From Eledone cirrhosa (taxonomy: Eukaryota), in assembly GCA_964016885.1 (NCBI GenBank), contig OZ024755.1, positions 33,480,001 through 33,544,000 on the forward strand: a stretch of DNA of 64,000 nt, written 5' to 3'. This document shows, piece after piece, positions 11,950 through 23,287 of this stretch. The first letter of the stretch is position 1; each line of letters starts with the position of its first letter. The position numbers were made by a program, and so were the translations under genes. Below the pieces are notes generated by a model. That model had not been told where the DNA came from, made no database searches, and worked only from the letters and a program-made list of their open reading frames with translations.

Positions 11950-12450
11950 TCCTTTTGTTACCAAACGAATCAAAGAAAATTTGCTTTCTAATATTCTTTC
12001 CAATCTGTTCACTCCTATATTCTACAGAATCAATGTATGACTGGGCTCATCTTCAGCCCTAAACGGGTATCTTTACCTGAAACATTAGATATTCTCTCTC
12101 ATCATATCATCTTGATTTACTTTACATTTATCTTTCTTTACATCCTCCAAAAAATCAATAGAACAGATCATGTATTCCTTGCATGTAGTTCACATATGGA
12201 TTTGATTCTATGTCAGGCTTCCTGAAATCCAGTTAGATCTCCTATATATAGCTGATTTCACTTCCTTATACAATATTAACTTTCTTCCTGCACACAAACT
12301 GTGACCAATTTATTTGATTTCCTTGTGTTTTGGAATCTTTTATCATTAACCAACAGCTTAATACTGGCAATGTTCACCTTAAAGTAGATTGATCTGTATC
12401 CTGTTTTTCTTGATTCGAACTTCTTCAGTTCCTAAATTAGTTATATATTG
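11950..12450 (-). mobile_element. highly decayed RTE LINE remnant
   Basis: LKVNIASIKLLV and W..FVCRKKV resemble GLKVNLSKTKILV and WPCSVCRKGV of the copy at 43.8 kb. Confidence 0.45.
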
Positions 12451-12910
12451 TAAGCTTTGTAATTTACATATAATTAGTCATTCCCATGGTCACTGATTTA
12501 TGGCTTTCCTCATTATAGCTTAAACCTTTTGAATGAAAAGAATGTAAACCATTGGGTCTTAGAGGAAAAACCAGCTGAAGAATGGTTCAATCTGAATTTA
12601 CAATTAGATTTCTCTATACAACTAATGTATACAAGCTGGTGTTCTCTCTATAGAATGAAGTGCAGAAGTCAAGACACTCCCATAACAATTTAACTTGGTC
12701 AAAAGCATTTAACTTTCTTTGTACAACTAATATATACAACCTAGTGTTCTCATTATAGAATGGAGTGTAATCTGAGATACAATCATAATGCTTTCACTTG
12801 GTCAAAAGACAACATTTCTAGCAGCAATTCTTTGCTTAAACTTTAATCTGTTATTTTAATAATAAATGTGAAGACTAAAATCCTATATATATATATATAT
12901 ATATATATAT

Positions 12911-13093
12911 TTAGTTATGTAATAAACAACATAAGATAATTATTTCACTGAAGACAGACACAACATCTGCCTTCAAGAAACCACTGGTAAATGAAATAAT
13001 TATCTTATGTTGTCTATTACATAACTAATAAGCTTTGTAGCCTACATAGAGCGCTCTTTTTTCCTGTACCTTTCTGACAGAAATACTTCATTT
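12911..13093 (+). mobile_element. fold-back cassette with hammerhead 3' half
   Basis: 37-bp arms 12911-12947 / 12992-13028; the loop holds stem tgaagacaga/tctgccttca then GAAA-cc-act-g-GTA; tail contains agagcgctct. Confidence 0.65.
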
Positions 13094-13113
13094 ATATATA
13101 TGTATATATATAT

Positions 13114-13262
13114 AGTGGTAGAACACTGGAAGGTAATAACCGTAGTGGTAGAGCACTCAGTCCATGGACGAGTTAGGTAGAAGTGGTTACACAACAGTTA
13201 GTTCACCATACCAAGAACAATTGTTTCACCTTAGTGAACTAACTGTTGTGTAACCACTTCTA
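13114..13262 (-). mobile_element. fold-back cassette with hammerhead-like 3' half
   Basis: 29-bp perfect arms 13178-13206 / 13234-13262; the loop (minus) reads GAAA-c-aatt-gtt; tail contains gagtgctc. Confidence 0.62.
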
Positions 13263-13397
13263 TATATATATGTAGGAGGTGAGTTTTATTGTAGTACAAT
13301 AAAGCAATGCAGATATCGGATAAGAAGCACTCTACAGTTTGTAGGACTGGAGTATACATAATATATAAGATCAAAAGATGGTTAAATGAGTTCCATG

Positions 13398-13468
13398 TAT
13401 TTTATTATGCGCATTTCAAAAACAAATATCATCAAGCAATAACATTTGTGTTTTCATCAGATAAAATA
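13398..13468 (-). ncRNA. minimal type-I hammerhead ribozyme (mirror copy)
   Basis: Reverse complement of 13566-13636 with one change in the stem II loop. Confidence 0.8.
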
Positions 13469-13565
13469 GGAGGACATGATATGAAGGTTAAAAAACACTT
13501 GTGGATATGTTGATTTAAAACTGCACTATCCACAAGTGTTTTTTAACCTTCATATCATGTCCTCC

Positions 13566-13636
13566 TATTTTATCTGATGAAAACACAAATGTTATTGCAT
13601 GATGATATTTGTTTTTGAAATGCGCATAATAAAATA
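13566..13636 (+). ncRNA. minimal type-I hammerhead ribozyme, intact core
   Basis: Stem I tattttat/ataaaata (8 bp perfect); CTGATGA 13574-13580; long stem II; GAAA 13617-13620; stem III AT-[GCGC]-AT; AUA cleavage triplet ending at 13628. Confidence 0.82.
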
Positions 13637-13673
13637 CATGGAACTCATTTAACCATCTTTTGATCTTATATAT

Positions 13674-13707
<34 letters not shown>

Positions 13708-13712
13708 TATAT

Positions 13713-13956
13713 AGGATAACAAGGTATCGTTTAAGGTAATCCAGCTAGAGGTCGTGAGTACTCTGTGTCGAGGATAGTTTTAATGTACGGTGTTGTTTGA
13801 CTCAACAAGAAGTTTCCTTAGTCGGTTTGGCTGGTTTAAGAAAGTTCCTAGGCAAGCAGTTCTTGGAGCAATAATAGCAAAAGAATGAAGAATAACATGG
13901 TTGGCTGTATAATATTATTATACAGTCGACCATGTTATTCTTCATTCTTTTGCTAT
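13713..13956 (-). mobile_element. fold-back cassette in (TA)n
   Basis: ~41-bp arms 13874-13914 / 13916-13956; ~160-nt tail with gagtactc; ribozyme motif degenerate. Confidence 0.6.
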
Positions 13957-14000
13957 GTATATATATATATATGTCCATACATTATCTATATATATATATA

Positions 14001-14190
14001 GGGCGGTGGATTGGCAGTATCGGTAGAGGGTCGGACGCCATGCTTTCCAGCATAGTTACGTCCCTTTACGATCTGAGTTCAAATCCCGCCGAGGTTGACT
14101 TTGCCTTTCATCCTTACGGGGTCGATAAAATAAAGTACCAGTAATGCACTGGGTAATTGCTGGCCTTGTGCCTAAAGTAGAAACAATTAT
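14001..14190 (+). mobile_element. full-length Deu/Nin-type tRNA SINE
   Basis: gggcggtggattggcagtatcggtag...gagttcaaatcccgccgagg...gtagaaacaatt. Confidence 0.9.
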
Positions 14191-14210
14191 CTATATATAT
14201 ATATATATTA

Positions 14211-14388
14211 CAGTGAAATCCTGTTATAACGAAATTCACAGGGTATTAAATAAAAAATTTGAGGTAATGAAAATTATTTTATAATGTAATTGACCTAACA
14301 CATCGAATGTACAGCAAGGGAATGAAAAAAGTTTTGTTATACTGAAAAATTTGTTGTAATGGTATTCATCATAACAGAATTTTACCTG
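14211..14388. mobile_element. pogo/Tigger-like MITE
   Basis: TA-cagtgaaatcctgttataacgaa ... ttcatcataacagaattttacctg-TA imperfect TIRs. Confidence 0.65.
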
Positions 14389-14394
14389 TATATA

Positions 14395-15630
14395 TCATCA
14401 TCATCATCATCATCAACGTTTAACGTCCGTGTTCCACGCTTGCATGGGTTTGGGCGGGGGTTTTCCCACTTGAGGCAAGAGTGATTATCTTGCTCGCATA
14501 GGACTATCTGGCGGGTTTTCTACAGCTGGATGCCCTTCCTAACACCAACCACATTTACAGTGTGGGGCTGGGAGGTTTTTACTGTGTTGCCTACACGGCC
14601 ACATTACAGCGTGGACTGTCTGGCGCGTTTTCTACAGCTGGATGCCCTTCCTAACACCAACCACATTTACAGTGTGGGGCTGGGAGGTTTTTACCGTGTT
14701 GCCTACACGGCCACATTACAGCGTGGACTGTCTGGCGGGTTTTCTACAGCTGGATGCCCTTCCTAACACCAACCACATTTACAGTGTGGGGCTGGGAGGT
14801 TTTTACCGTGTTGCCTACACGGCCACATTACAGCGTGGACTGTCTGGCGCGTTTTCTACAGCTGGATGCCCTTCCTAACACCAACCACATTTACAGTGTG
14901 GGGCTGGGAGGTTTTTACCGTGTTGCCTACACGGCCACATTACAGCGTGGACTGTCTGGCGGGTTTTCTACAGCTGGATGCCCTTCCTAACACCAACCAC
15001 ATTTACAGTGTGGGGCTGGGAGGTTTTTACCGTGTTGCCTACACAGCCACATTAGAGCGTGGACTGTCTGGCGGGTTTTCTACAGCTGGATGCCCTTCCT
15101 AACACCAACCACATTTACAGTGTGGGGCTGGGAGGTTTTTACCGTGTTGCCTACACGGCCACATTACAGCGTGGACTGTCTGGCGGGTTTTCTACAGCTG
15201 GATGCCCTTCCTAACACCAACCACATTTACAGTGTGGGGCTGGGAGGTTTTTACCGTGTTGCCTACACGGCCACATTACAGCGTGGACTGTCTGGCGGGT
15301 TTTCTACAGCTGGATGCCCTTCCTAACACCAACCACATTTACAGTGTGGGGCTGGGAGGTTTTTACCGTGTTGCCTACACGGCCACATTACAGCGTGGAC
15401 TGTCTGGCGCGTTTTCTACAGCTGGATGCCCTTCCTAACACCAACCACATTTACAGTGTGGGGCTGGGAGGCTTTTACCGTGTTGCCTACACGGCCACAT
15501 TACAGCGTGAACTGTGTTTTGTTGACGTGACACCTACACGATCTCATTTGTTTCGGCCTGGATGTTGTGGCACCAACATAACTTTACATTGAAAGGGGCG
15601 GTGTGGATGGGGTGGGGGTGGTGGGACGGG
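14395..15630 (-). mobile_element. RTE LINE 3' UTR copy with internal tandem expansion
   Basis: Begins with (CAT)n tail; flanks match the single-unit UTRs at 32290-32630 and 44790-45130 in reverse. Confidence 0.8.
14505..15510. repeat. 112-bp minisatellite, ~9 near-identical copies
   Basis: Identical ORF starts spaced 112 bp apart (14530, 14642, 14754, ...). Confidence 0.95.
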
Positions 15631-16609
15631 GGTGTATTATATTATATTATATTATATATACAGAGAGAGAGAGAGAGATGAAAATGTTGATAACACAAAT
15701 TGCTGATACTAATAATGGTGATGATAATTATGACAATTATAATAGTGAATATGATGTGTTGATGATGGTAGCAGCAGTTCTTTATTCTAATAACAATCAG
15801 TGTAAACACTGTCCCCTTTTACAATTCTTTTTATTCTGTCCTGTCATTTAGCATGGTGTTTATAACATGCTAAGGTGTCAAAGAGGGAAATGAGAATGGA
15901 GAGTCTTGCAAGGTTACATTAAGCCAGCTAGAAGAGTGGCACACTCACTTGCAGGAAGTGATAACAGCGGAAAGAGGTTATTCAATAATTAAAGCAAGTA
16001 TGGTGCATTGAGCTCAAAATATATTGGAAAAGTTTCATTTAATATTCATTGTAATAATGCAATCCAGTTTGGACAGTTTCATTGATAATTGATGCAGAAA
16101 AACTGCATACTTCTCTGTGTCATCTTACAGTCTTCCTTTCAAGTGAATTATAAATTACATCTGACGACTATACAAGTGTTTGGTGGTGAGTCTGCGAGCA
16201 ATGTAATTTACATAGCTTTACTACCTACTATTAACTACTCAGAATAGGTTATGTAGAATTTAATGTGAGTGAATGTGTATGTGGCTTAGCAGGTATAGTG
16301 TTGTGCTCATGATCAAGAGGTTGTGAGTTTGATTCCTGGGCGGGGTGCTGCATTGTGACATTGAGCAAGACACTTTATTTCTCATTCCACTCAGCTGGAA
16401 AAACGAGGACATTGATTTCAAGCTGTTTAAGTTTTGTCTTTTCATTGTACATTTTTGGCATGGAGAGAGGAGACTGTTATGCAAGAGTGAATGCTAGTTT
16501 TCTACAAAAACACTGATTCAGGTTTGTGTCGTGCTCAAAACTTTCTTGCTCAAAACTCAAGGTGGGGATGGGAGTTCTTCTTGTGCTGACATAGGTCTGT
16601 GCCTATGGC

Positions 16610-16890
16610 TTCAACGTTTGTAGTCAAAATCTATGTAGTTCAGATGTTTGTGGTTAAATGTCCGTGATTCAAATGTCTATAGTTCAAAATGCTTGTGGTT
16701 CAAACATCTATGGTTCAAATGACTATAGATAGTTCAAATGACTGTGGTTTAAATGACTGTGGTTCAAATACTTGTGGTTCAAATGAATGTGGTTCAAATG
16801 CTTGGGGCTTCAGTGTTTGTGGTTCAAGTGCTTATGGCTACAGTGTTTGTAGTCAAAACATATTAGTTCAAATGCCTGTAGTTAAATGTC
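16610..16890. repeat. decayed 15-bp minisatellite (gtggttcaaatgnct)
   Basis: Seen directly; same motif as 17546-17930. Confidence 0.8.
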
Positions 16891-17210
16891 AGTTGTTCAA
16901 TCATCTGTCAGTGAAAATACATGTTCAGTGCATTGACAGCCAAGTTTTGGAAATTTTCATTCTTGAAAGCTAGTAATCCAGTAACTTATCTCTTTCACCA
17001 TTCCACATCATTCCACATCCTTTTTCATAGATAAAATACATTTAAGGAAATATGCTTTAGGAAAGAAATGGTTTAGTTATATACTGATGTGATTAAATGT
17101 TTTATATAGTAGTTCAGTGGTTTATGTACTTAAATTTAAATCCCCCGGAACAGTCTAATTTATGAAGAGTCATGTGATGAGGATGAGGGAAAAAAATTAT
17201 AGAAGATTTC

Positions 17211-17512
17211 GGTGGTGATAGTGGTGGTGGTGGCAGTGGTGGTGGTGGTGGCAGTGGTGGTGGTGGTGGCAGTGGTGGTGATAGTGGTGGTGGTGGCAGT
17301 GGTGGTGATAGTGGTGGTGGTGGCAGTGGTGGTGATAGTGGTGGTGGTGGCAGTGGTGGTGGTGGCAGTGGTGGTGGTGGTAGTGGTGGTGGTGGCAGTG
17401 GTGGTGGTGGCAATAGTGGTGGTGGTGGTGGCAGTGGTGGTGGTGGTGGTGGCAGTGGTGGTGGTGGTGGTGGCAGTGGTGGTGGTGGTGGCAGTGGCAG
17501 TGGTGGTGGTAG
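17211..17512. repeat. (GGT)n with GGCAGT/GATAGT interruptions
   Basis: Seen directly. Confidence 0.95.
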
Positions 17513-17545
17513 TAATACAGACGAGCAGATGATATTTGTCTTCAT

Positions 17546-17930
17546 AAATGCCTGTGATTCAAACATCTGTGGTTCAAATGCCTGTGATTCAAACATCGGT
17601 GGTTCAAATGCCTGTGATTCAAACATCTGTGGTTCAAATGCCTGTGATTCAAACATCGGTGGTTCAAATGCCTGTGGTTCAAACATCGGTGGTTCAAATG
17701 CCTGTGATTCAAACATCTGTGGTTCAAATGCTTGTGATTCAAACATCTGTGGTTCAAATGCCTGGAATTCAAAGATCTGTCGTTCAAATGCCTGGAATTC
17801 AAACATCAGTGGTTCAAATGCCTGGAATTCAAAGATCTGTCATTCAAATGCCTGGAATTCAAACATCAGTGGTTCAAATGCCTGGAATTCAAAGATCTGT
17901 CATTCAAATGCCTGTGATTCAAACATCTAT
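17546..17930. repeat. 30-bp (2x15) minisatellite, ~13 units
   Basis: Unit ttcaaatgcctgtgattcaaacatctgtgg. Confidence 0.95.
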
Positions 17931-18254
17931 GGTAATGATGATGATGATTATAAGTCAGTATTACTGGCGCTATGACAAAAGGCAGCAAGTCCATCCTGTA
18001 AGGTGGTATTGCTGGTGCCATGGAAAAAATCTCCCAGTTGATACTGTAAAGTGGTTGGCATATAAAAGGGCATCTAGCCATAGTATTGTACTTTATTTTA
18101 ATGACTCCGTAAGGATGAAAGGCAAAGTTAACCTCAGCGGGATCTGAACTCAGACCATAAAGGGCCGTAACACTATGCGTCAAAGCATGGCGTCCGACCC
18201 TCTACCGATACTGCCAACCAAAACCTCTCTCTCACCAGAAAATCAAAAGTAGTA

Positions 18255-18703
18255 AATAGAGTAGAATAGTTATAGTCTAGCATGAAGCCTTCTTCAGAAA
18301 GAAAATCTGTCCCGAATATTAGAACTAACATCAGCATGAATCAATGACGAGATATATTAAGAAAGAAAGCTGAGTTGATGGGTTGTGGAAAGACAAAGAG
18401 ACGAATATTTCGCACCAGGTTAATATTACCAATACCAAACTCAAAATAATAGAGACCGTCAATTGTATCACGTAATAATCGCATATCATTCTCAGAAAAT
18501 TTTACTTTACAAAATTCCCGTTTTTGTTCATCCTTTTTGAAATTTAATTCATACAGAGAAACAGCCATTCGATCTCCATCAAGGACTTCTTTTAAAGTGA
18601 GTGATTTGTGTTCAATCTTTTCTGGCCTGCACACTGGTAGCTGGTAATGGTGGTATGTTTCATGAGGATTGAAATATGGACCAACTTTATTGACATAGGG
18701 GAT
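18255..18703 (-). pseudogene. TM9SF1: transmembrane 9 superfamily member 1 fragment, probably processed and decayed
   Basis: [53 protein letters not shown]...[13 protein letters not shown] matches the TM9SF1 luminal N-terminus as I recall it. Patchy similarity continues (NIRLFV, IHADVS, DYNYS) through indels and a stop. No other TM9SF1 exons were recognised in the window. Confidence 0.8.
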
Positions 18704-18977
18704 TTTTAGTTTTAAAAGTAAGGAAAACTAAAAATTATTTGGATATTTGTTTACATTGTAAGTTCTCAAACTTTTGGGGCCATTGCCTACCCTCTCGTGG
18801 CTACGTAATACCCTCACCACTCCCAACCTTATTCCCAAAGAGACCTGCCTACATGCAAATTGTAAATAATATATAATAAATAAAATCGTTAATCATATAT
18901 AAATAATATAATATATACTATGAATAAACAAATATATATATTTCATAATACTATATTTATATATAATAATAATAATA

Positions 18978-19192
18978 ATGGTTTCCTATATAGGCACAAG
19001 GCCAGTAATTTTGGGGGAGGAGAAAGTCGATTAAATCGACACCAGTGCGTGACTGGTACTTTATTTTATCGACCCCGTAAGGATGAAAGGCAAAGTTAAC
19101 CTCGGCAGGATTTGAACTCGGAATGGCAAGGGCCGTAACTCTATGTGTCAAAGCATGGCGTCCGACCCTCTACCGATACTGCCAATCAACCA
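18978..19192 (-). mobile_element. Deu/Nin-type SINE, long-tail variant
   Basis: Family head and core plus an extra gtcgatttaatcgactttctcctcccccaaa segment. Confidence 0.85.
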
Positions 19193-19194
19193 TG

Positions 19195-19475
19195 AAAATT
19201 ATTGTGTACAGTGCTCAGGTGCACTATAACTCATCAAAGGTGCATGTATTGTACATAGAATAATGTACAAATGTCAGGAAAGTGAACAGTGTATGAGTCA
19301 TGATATACACACAGATACATGCGTGCGTGTGTATGGAGGAGGAATATACGGTGTAGTGTTGGCGAATTTTGGGAAGAATGGAGGTTTTAAAGGATGCAGT
19401 GTCTCGGCAGCTAACAACTGATGCAGGTAGTTTGTTCCATGCTTCAACAACTCTGAGCGTGAAAAAATGTATCAT
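19195..19475 (-). mobile_element. CR1 LINE 3' end
   Basis: HFFTLRVVEAWNKLPASVVSCRDTASFK is the typical CR1 ORF2 C-terminus. Confidence 0.85.
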
Positions 19476-20435
19476 TTGATATTTAATATACTATTATATC
19501 ATCTCTAACACCCCACCACTGCCGCCTACTTAAGCCGCAGCGCACCACTGGACCTTGTCAACGCCCGACACAGGGGTCTTTAGTAGTGCCCACTCTGAGA
19601 ACGTCTGATTTACAACCAAATTGATCCTTCAATGATCGTTGAAGACCATGAATTATGCAGCACTTCGATTTCTAATTGAATGCAAGTTAGTAATTATTCA
19701 ATTGTATGTTGAAATGAGGGGTTAGTTAAACTTCTCACTGATACTGGATATGACAAAACTGCATGTTGAAACAAGAAAAAACAAGGTTGTATGTTGACAC
19801 TAGAGATAATGAAATTTTATGATGAAAATAAAGATAACAGCAAAACAGTTTGTTGAAACTGAAGTTATGGTACTGGTGGTGTGGTGGTGGTGGTGGTGGT
19901 GGTGGTATCTATAGTAATTATCTGGGGTGTGGCTATCAGCTTAATCAAGGTTTGAATCCTGTTAAGACATGTCTAGAATTTAGTTACTTATTTTCTGATT
20001 AGATTTATAAGCAATAGTTTCTCGGCAATTTTGGGCCAGTTGTAGTGATGTGTCCAATGAGGTTGATGTCTGAAACGGGGTTAACCACATCAATATCAGA
20101 TGTGTAGAGACCTTGCCAGTGGCTGATTTCAAGGATCAAATTAGCAATTCAGTTACATGATATTTAATGGGTAAAATTATTAATAGCAGGTGCTGAGTTT
20201 CATAAAGAAGAAAATCAGTGAAGGATCTCTAGAGTTGTAACACAGATGTCGCAATAGAGACCAGTAAATTAGAGGGAAAATAACTTCTCAAATAGTAAGA
20301 AGAAGCAAACTTAAAAGGCATCACTTATGATGTTTTGCATTGAAAATAACACTTTACCATTTCCTCAAAATGAAGCACAAAGAATGTGTTATTCATGCTA
20401 AGAAGTGTCTTCTGAAAAATGAGGAACAAGCAACA

Positions 20436-22137
20436 TTAACCTTTAGCATTTACATTACTGTATATTTAATATTGTATTTGCACAGTAAAGGCTTTACCTC
20501 ACATAATATCTCACATAACATTTACATTACTCTATATGTAGTATTGTATTTTCATGGTAAAGACTTTACCTCACATAATATCTCACATTATTCTATATGT
20601 AGTATTGTATTTTCATGGTAAAGACTTTACCTCACATAATATCACACATAACATTTACATTACTCTATATGTAGTATTGTATTTTCACGGTAAAGACTTT
20701 ACCTCACATAATATCTCACATAACATTTACATTACTCTATATATACTATTGTATTTTCATGGTAAAGGCTTTACCTCACATAATATCTCACATAACATTT
20801 ACATTACTCTATATGTAGTATTGTATTTTCACGGTAAAGACTTTACCTCACATAACATTTACATTACTCTATATGTAGTATTGTATTTTCATGGTAAAGA
20901 CTTTACCTCACATAACATTTACATTACTCTATATGTAGTATTGTATTTTCATGGTAAAGACTTTACCTCACATAATTATCTCACATAATATCGAATCTCT
21001 GATTCTTTGATATTGGTGGATTGGCAATATCAGTAGAGTGTCAGACACCATGCTTTGCAGCATAGACTTATGACCCTTTATGGTCTGAGTTCAAATTCCG
21101 CCGAGGTTAACTTTGCCTTTCATCCTTGCGGGGTTGATAAAATAAAGTACCAGTAATACACTAGGATAATTGCTGGCCTTGTGTCAAAAGTAGAAAAAAT
21201 TATTTATTTTGAGAACAATATCTTAACATCAGTATGAGTGGCCAGTTATGGCCGGTTTATGGCCAGATACAGCAATTTTATGGCCAGATACAGCCAGTTT
21301 ATGGCCAGATACAGCTAGTTTATGGCCAGATACAGCCAGTTTATGGCCAGATACAGCCAGCTTATGGCCAGATACAGCCAGTTTATGGCCAGATACAGCC
21401 AGTTTATGGCCAGATACAGCTGGTTTATTGGCTGGATACAGCTGGTTTATGGCTGGATACAGCCGGTTTATGGCTGGATACAGCCGGTTTATGGCCAGAT
21501 ACAGCTGGTTTATGGCCAGATACAGTCAGTTTATGGCTACATACAGCCAGTTTATGGCCGGAAATAGCCAGTTTATGGTCAGATACAGCTAGTTTATGGC
21601 TGGATACAGCCAGTTTATGGCCAGATACAGCCATTTTATGGCCAGATACCACTAGTTTATAGCCAGATACAGCCAGTTTATGGCCAGATATAGCCAGCTT
21701 ATGGCCAGATACAGCCAGTTTATGGCCAGATACAGCCAGTTTATGGCCAGATACAGCCAGTTTATGGCCAGATACAGCTAGTTTATGGCCAAATATAGCC
21801 AGCTTATGGCCAGATACAGCCAGTTTATGGCCAGATACAGCGAGTTTATGGCCAGATACAGCCAGTTTATAGCCAGATACAGCCAGTTTATGGCCAGATA
21901 CAGCCAGTTTATAGCCAGATACAGTCAGTTTATAGCCAGATACAGTCAGTTTATGGCCAGATACAGCTAGTTTATGGCCAGATACAGCTAGTTTATGGCC
22001 AGATACAGCCAGTTTATGGCCAGATACAGCTAGTTTATGGCCAGATACAGCTAGTTTATGGTCAGATACAGCTAGTTTATGGTCAGATACAGCCAGTTTA
22101 TGGCCAGATACAGCTGGTTTAAATGCTAAAGTGTTAA
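20436..22137 (+). mobile_element. TTAA MITE inflated by two minisatellites and a SINE
   Basis: Left TIR 20436; 72/60-bp array ~20445-20990; SINE ~21014-21200; 21-bp array ~21245-22120; right TIR ending 22137. Confidence 0.8.
21245..22120. repeat. 21-bp minisatellite (tttatggccagatacagccag), ~40 copies
   Basis: Seen directly. Confidence 0.95.
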
Positions 22138-23287
22138 ATCATCTTAGTTTTCAAGAGGTTACATCCATAAATTGCAATATCATTGCTGTCAACGTTGTCA
22201 TTATCTTACATCCAGCTTTGATTGCTGGCATGATGAGTTTAAATGCTAAAGGGTTAACATTGTTGTATGGAAGCAATTGCATGTATTCAACTCACAGTTC
22301 TCAATATTTATAGAGTGGAATATGAGAAAATGAGAAACGGACAAAAAGTCCTGAAATAAATAGAACATCTATGGAAGTTATATTTTAATGCCAATATACT
22401 TTCTTAATCACAGCTACCTCACACATTAAAGATTACTTTCATTGATTGGTTATCCTAGTTCCTTTTTTTTTAATCTTCATACATGAAAAATAAACATGAA
22501 CAGGAAAAATAAAATGACTCTTTAGAAAAAAATAAAATTAAGTCGTGTATTAAAAAAAATTGCATATATTGAAATAATATACAGAAACGAAAATTAACTA
22601 AGACTTTTAAGATGTAAATAGCTAATACATTCTTGTATTTTGTCCCACTTTAGAAACCTAATGCCATATATTTAGGATTTTTTCTTCAATGCTTCTCTTC
22701 TAAAAGTTCATTTTAGTTCAGTATTCAACTCAGAGTTATCTAGTGAAATATATATCTGAATATTTTATCTTCTCTCTTTCTGCAATATTGTCATGTAGGA
22801 TGCATTGAGTTGGAATAATAATGTACAATATAAATCCATTCCATACAAATGTATCTGTTAGATTTATTATTAAACATCATTTATATGGATTCTTCTGAAT
22901 ATTTTGAATTTTTACAAGTTATTTCCATTACAAGATATATTCTTTAACCAGAGTTCTGCGTAATCATCAAATTTCATTTCTGAAATCTATTTCCATAAAT
23001 ATGAAAAAATTGATATTTTTTCTTTACTGAATGTTTGTAGAAATAATTTTGTCTCTTTTATCCAAATACTCTAATACTTTCTTCAATTTGTGAGAATTTC
23101 TACTATTTTTATTAGTATAAATATCTCTTTGGTTAGTATCAGGTCTTTTTTTTTTTTTTTTTTGTAAATAAGCTCGGCTCTGCAACAACTTATTTCAAAA
23201 TTAAAGATTATTAATCAAGATATTTTACAATTAACATTAAGTTATGAAAAGATAGCTGAATGAGGTAGCTAAACAACAATTATGTTC

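Larger units (their letters stand above)
13272..13676 (-). mobile_element. fold-back cassette with two complete hammerheads
   Basis: 150-bp near-perfect arms 13358-13507 / 13527-13676; tail 13272-13357; (TA)n flanks. Confidence 0.8.

Noticed and set aside
14001-14100. tRNA genes at A/B-box motifs
   Set aside because: They are SINE heads continuing into core and tail; no complete cloverleaf.
17114-18147. Long ORFs (230, 199, 148 aa)
   Set aside because: They are translations of 15/30-bp and GGT repeats, open in several frames on both strands.
21245-22120. CRISPR-like periodicity in this and the 47960-49420 arrays
   Set aside because: No unique spacers and no cas genes; units are head-to-tail or separated by microsatellites in eukaryotic DNA.
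22600-23120. AT-rich coding-looking stretch on the minus strand
   Set aside because: Frequent stops and no motif I can identify.
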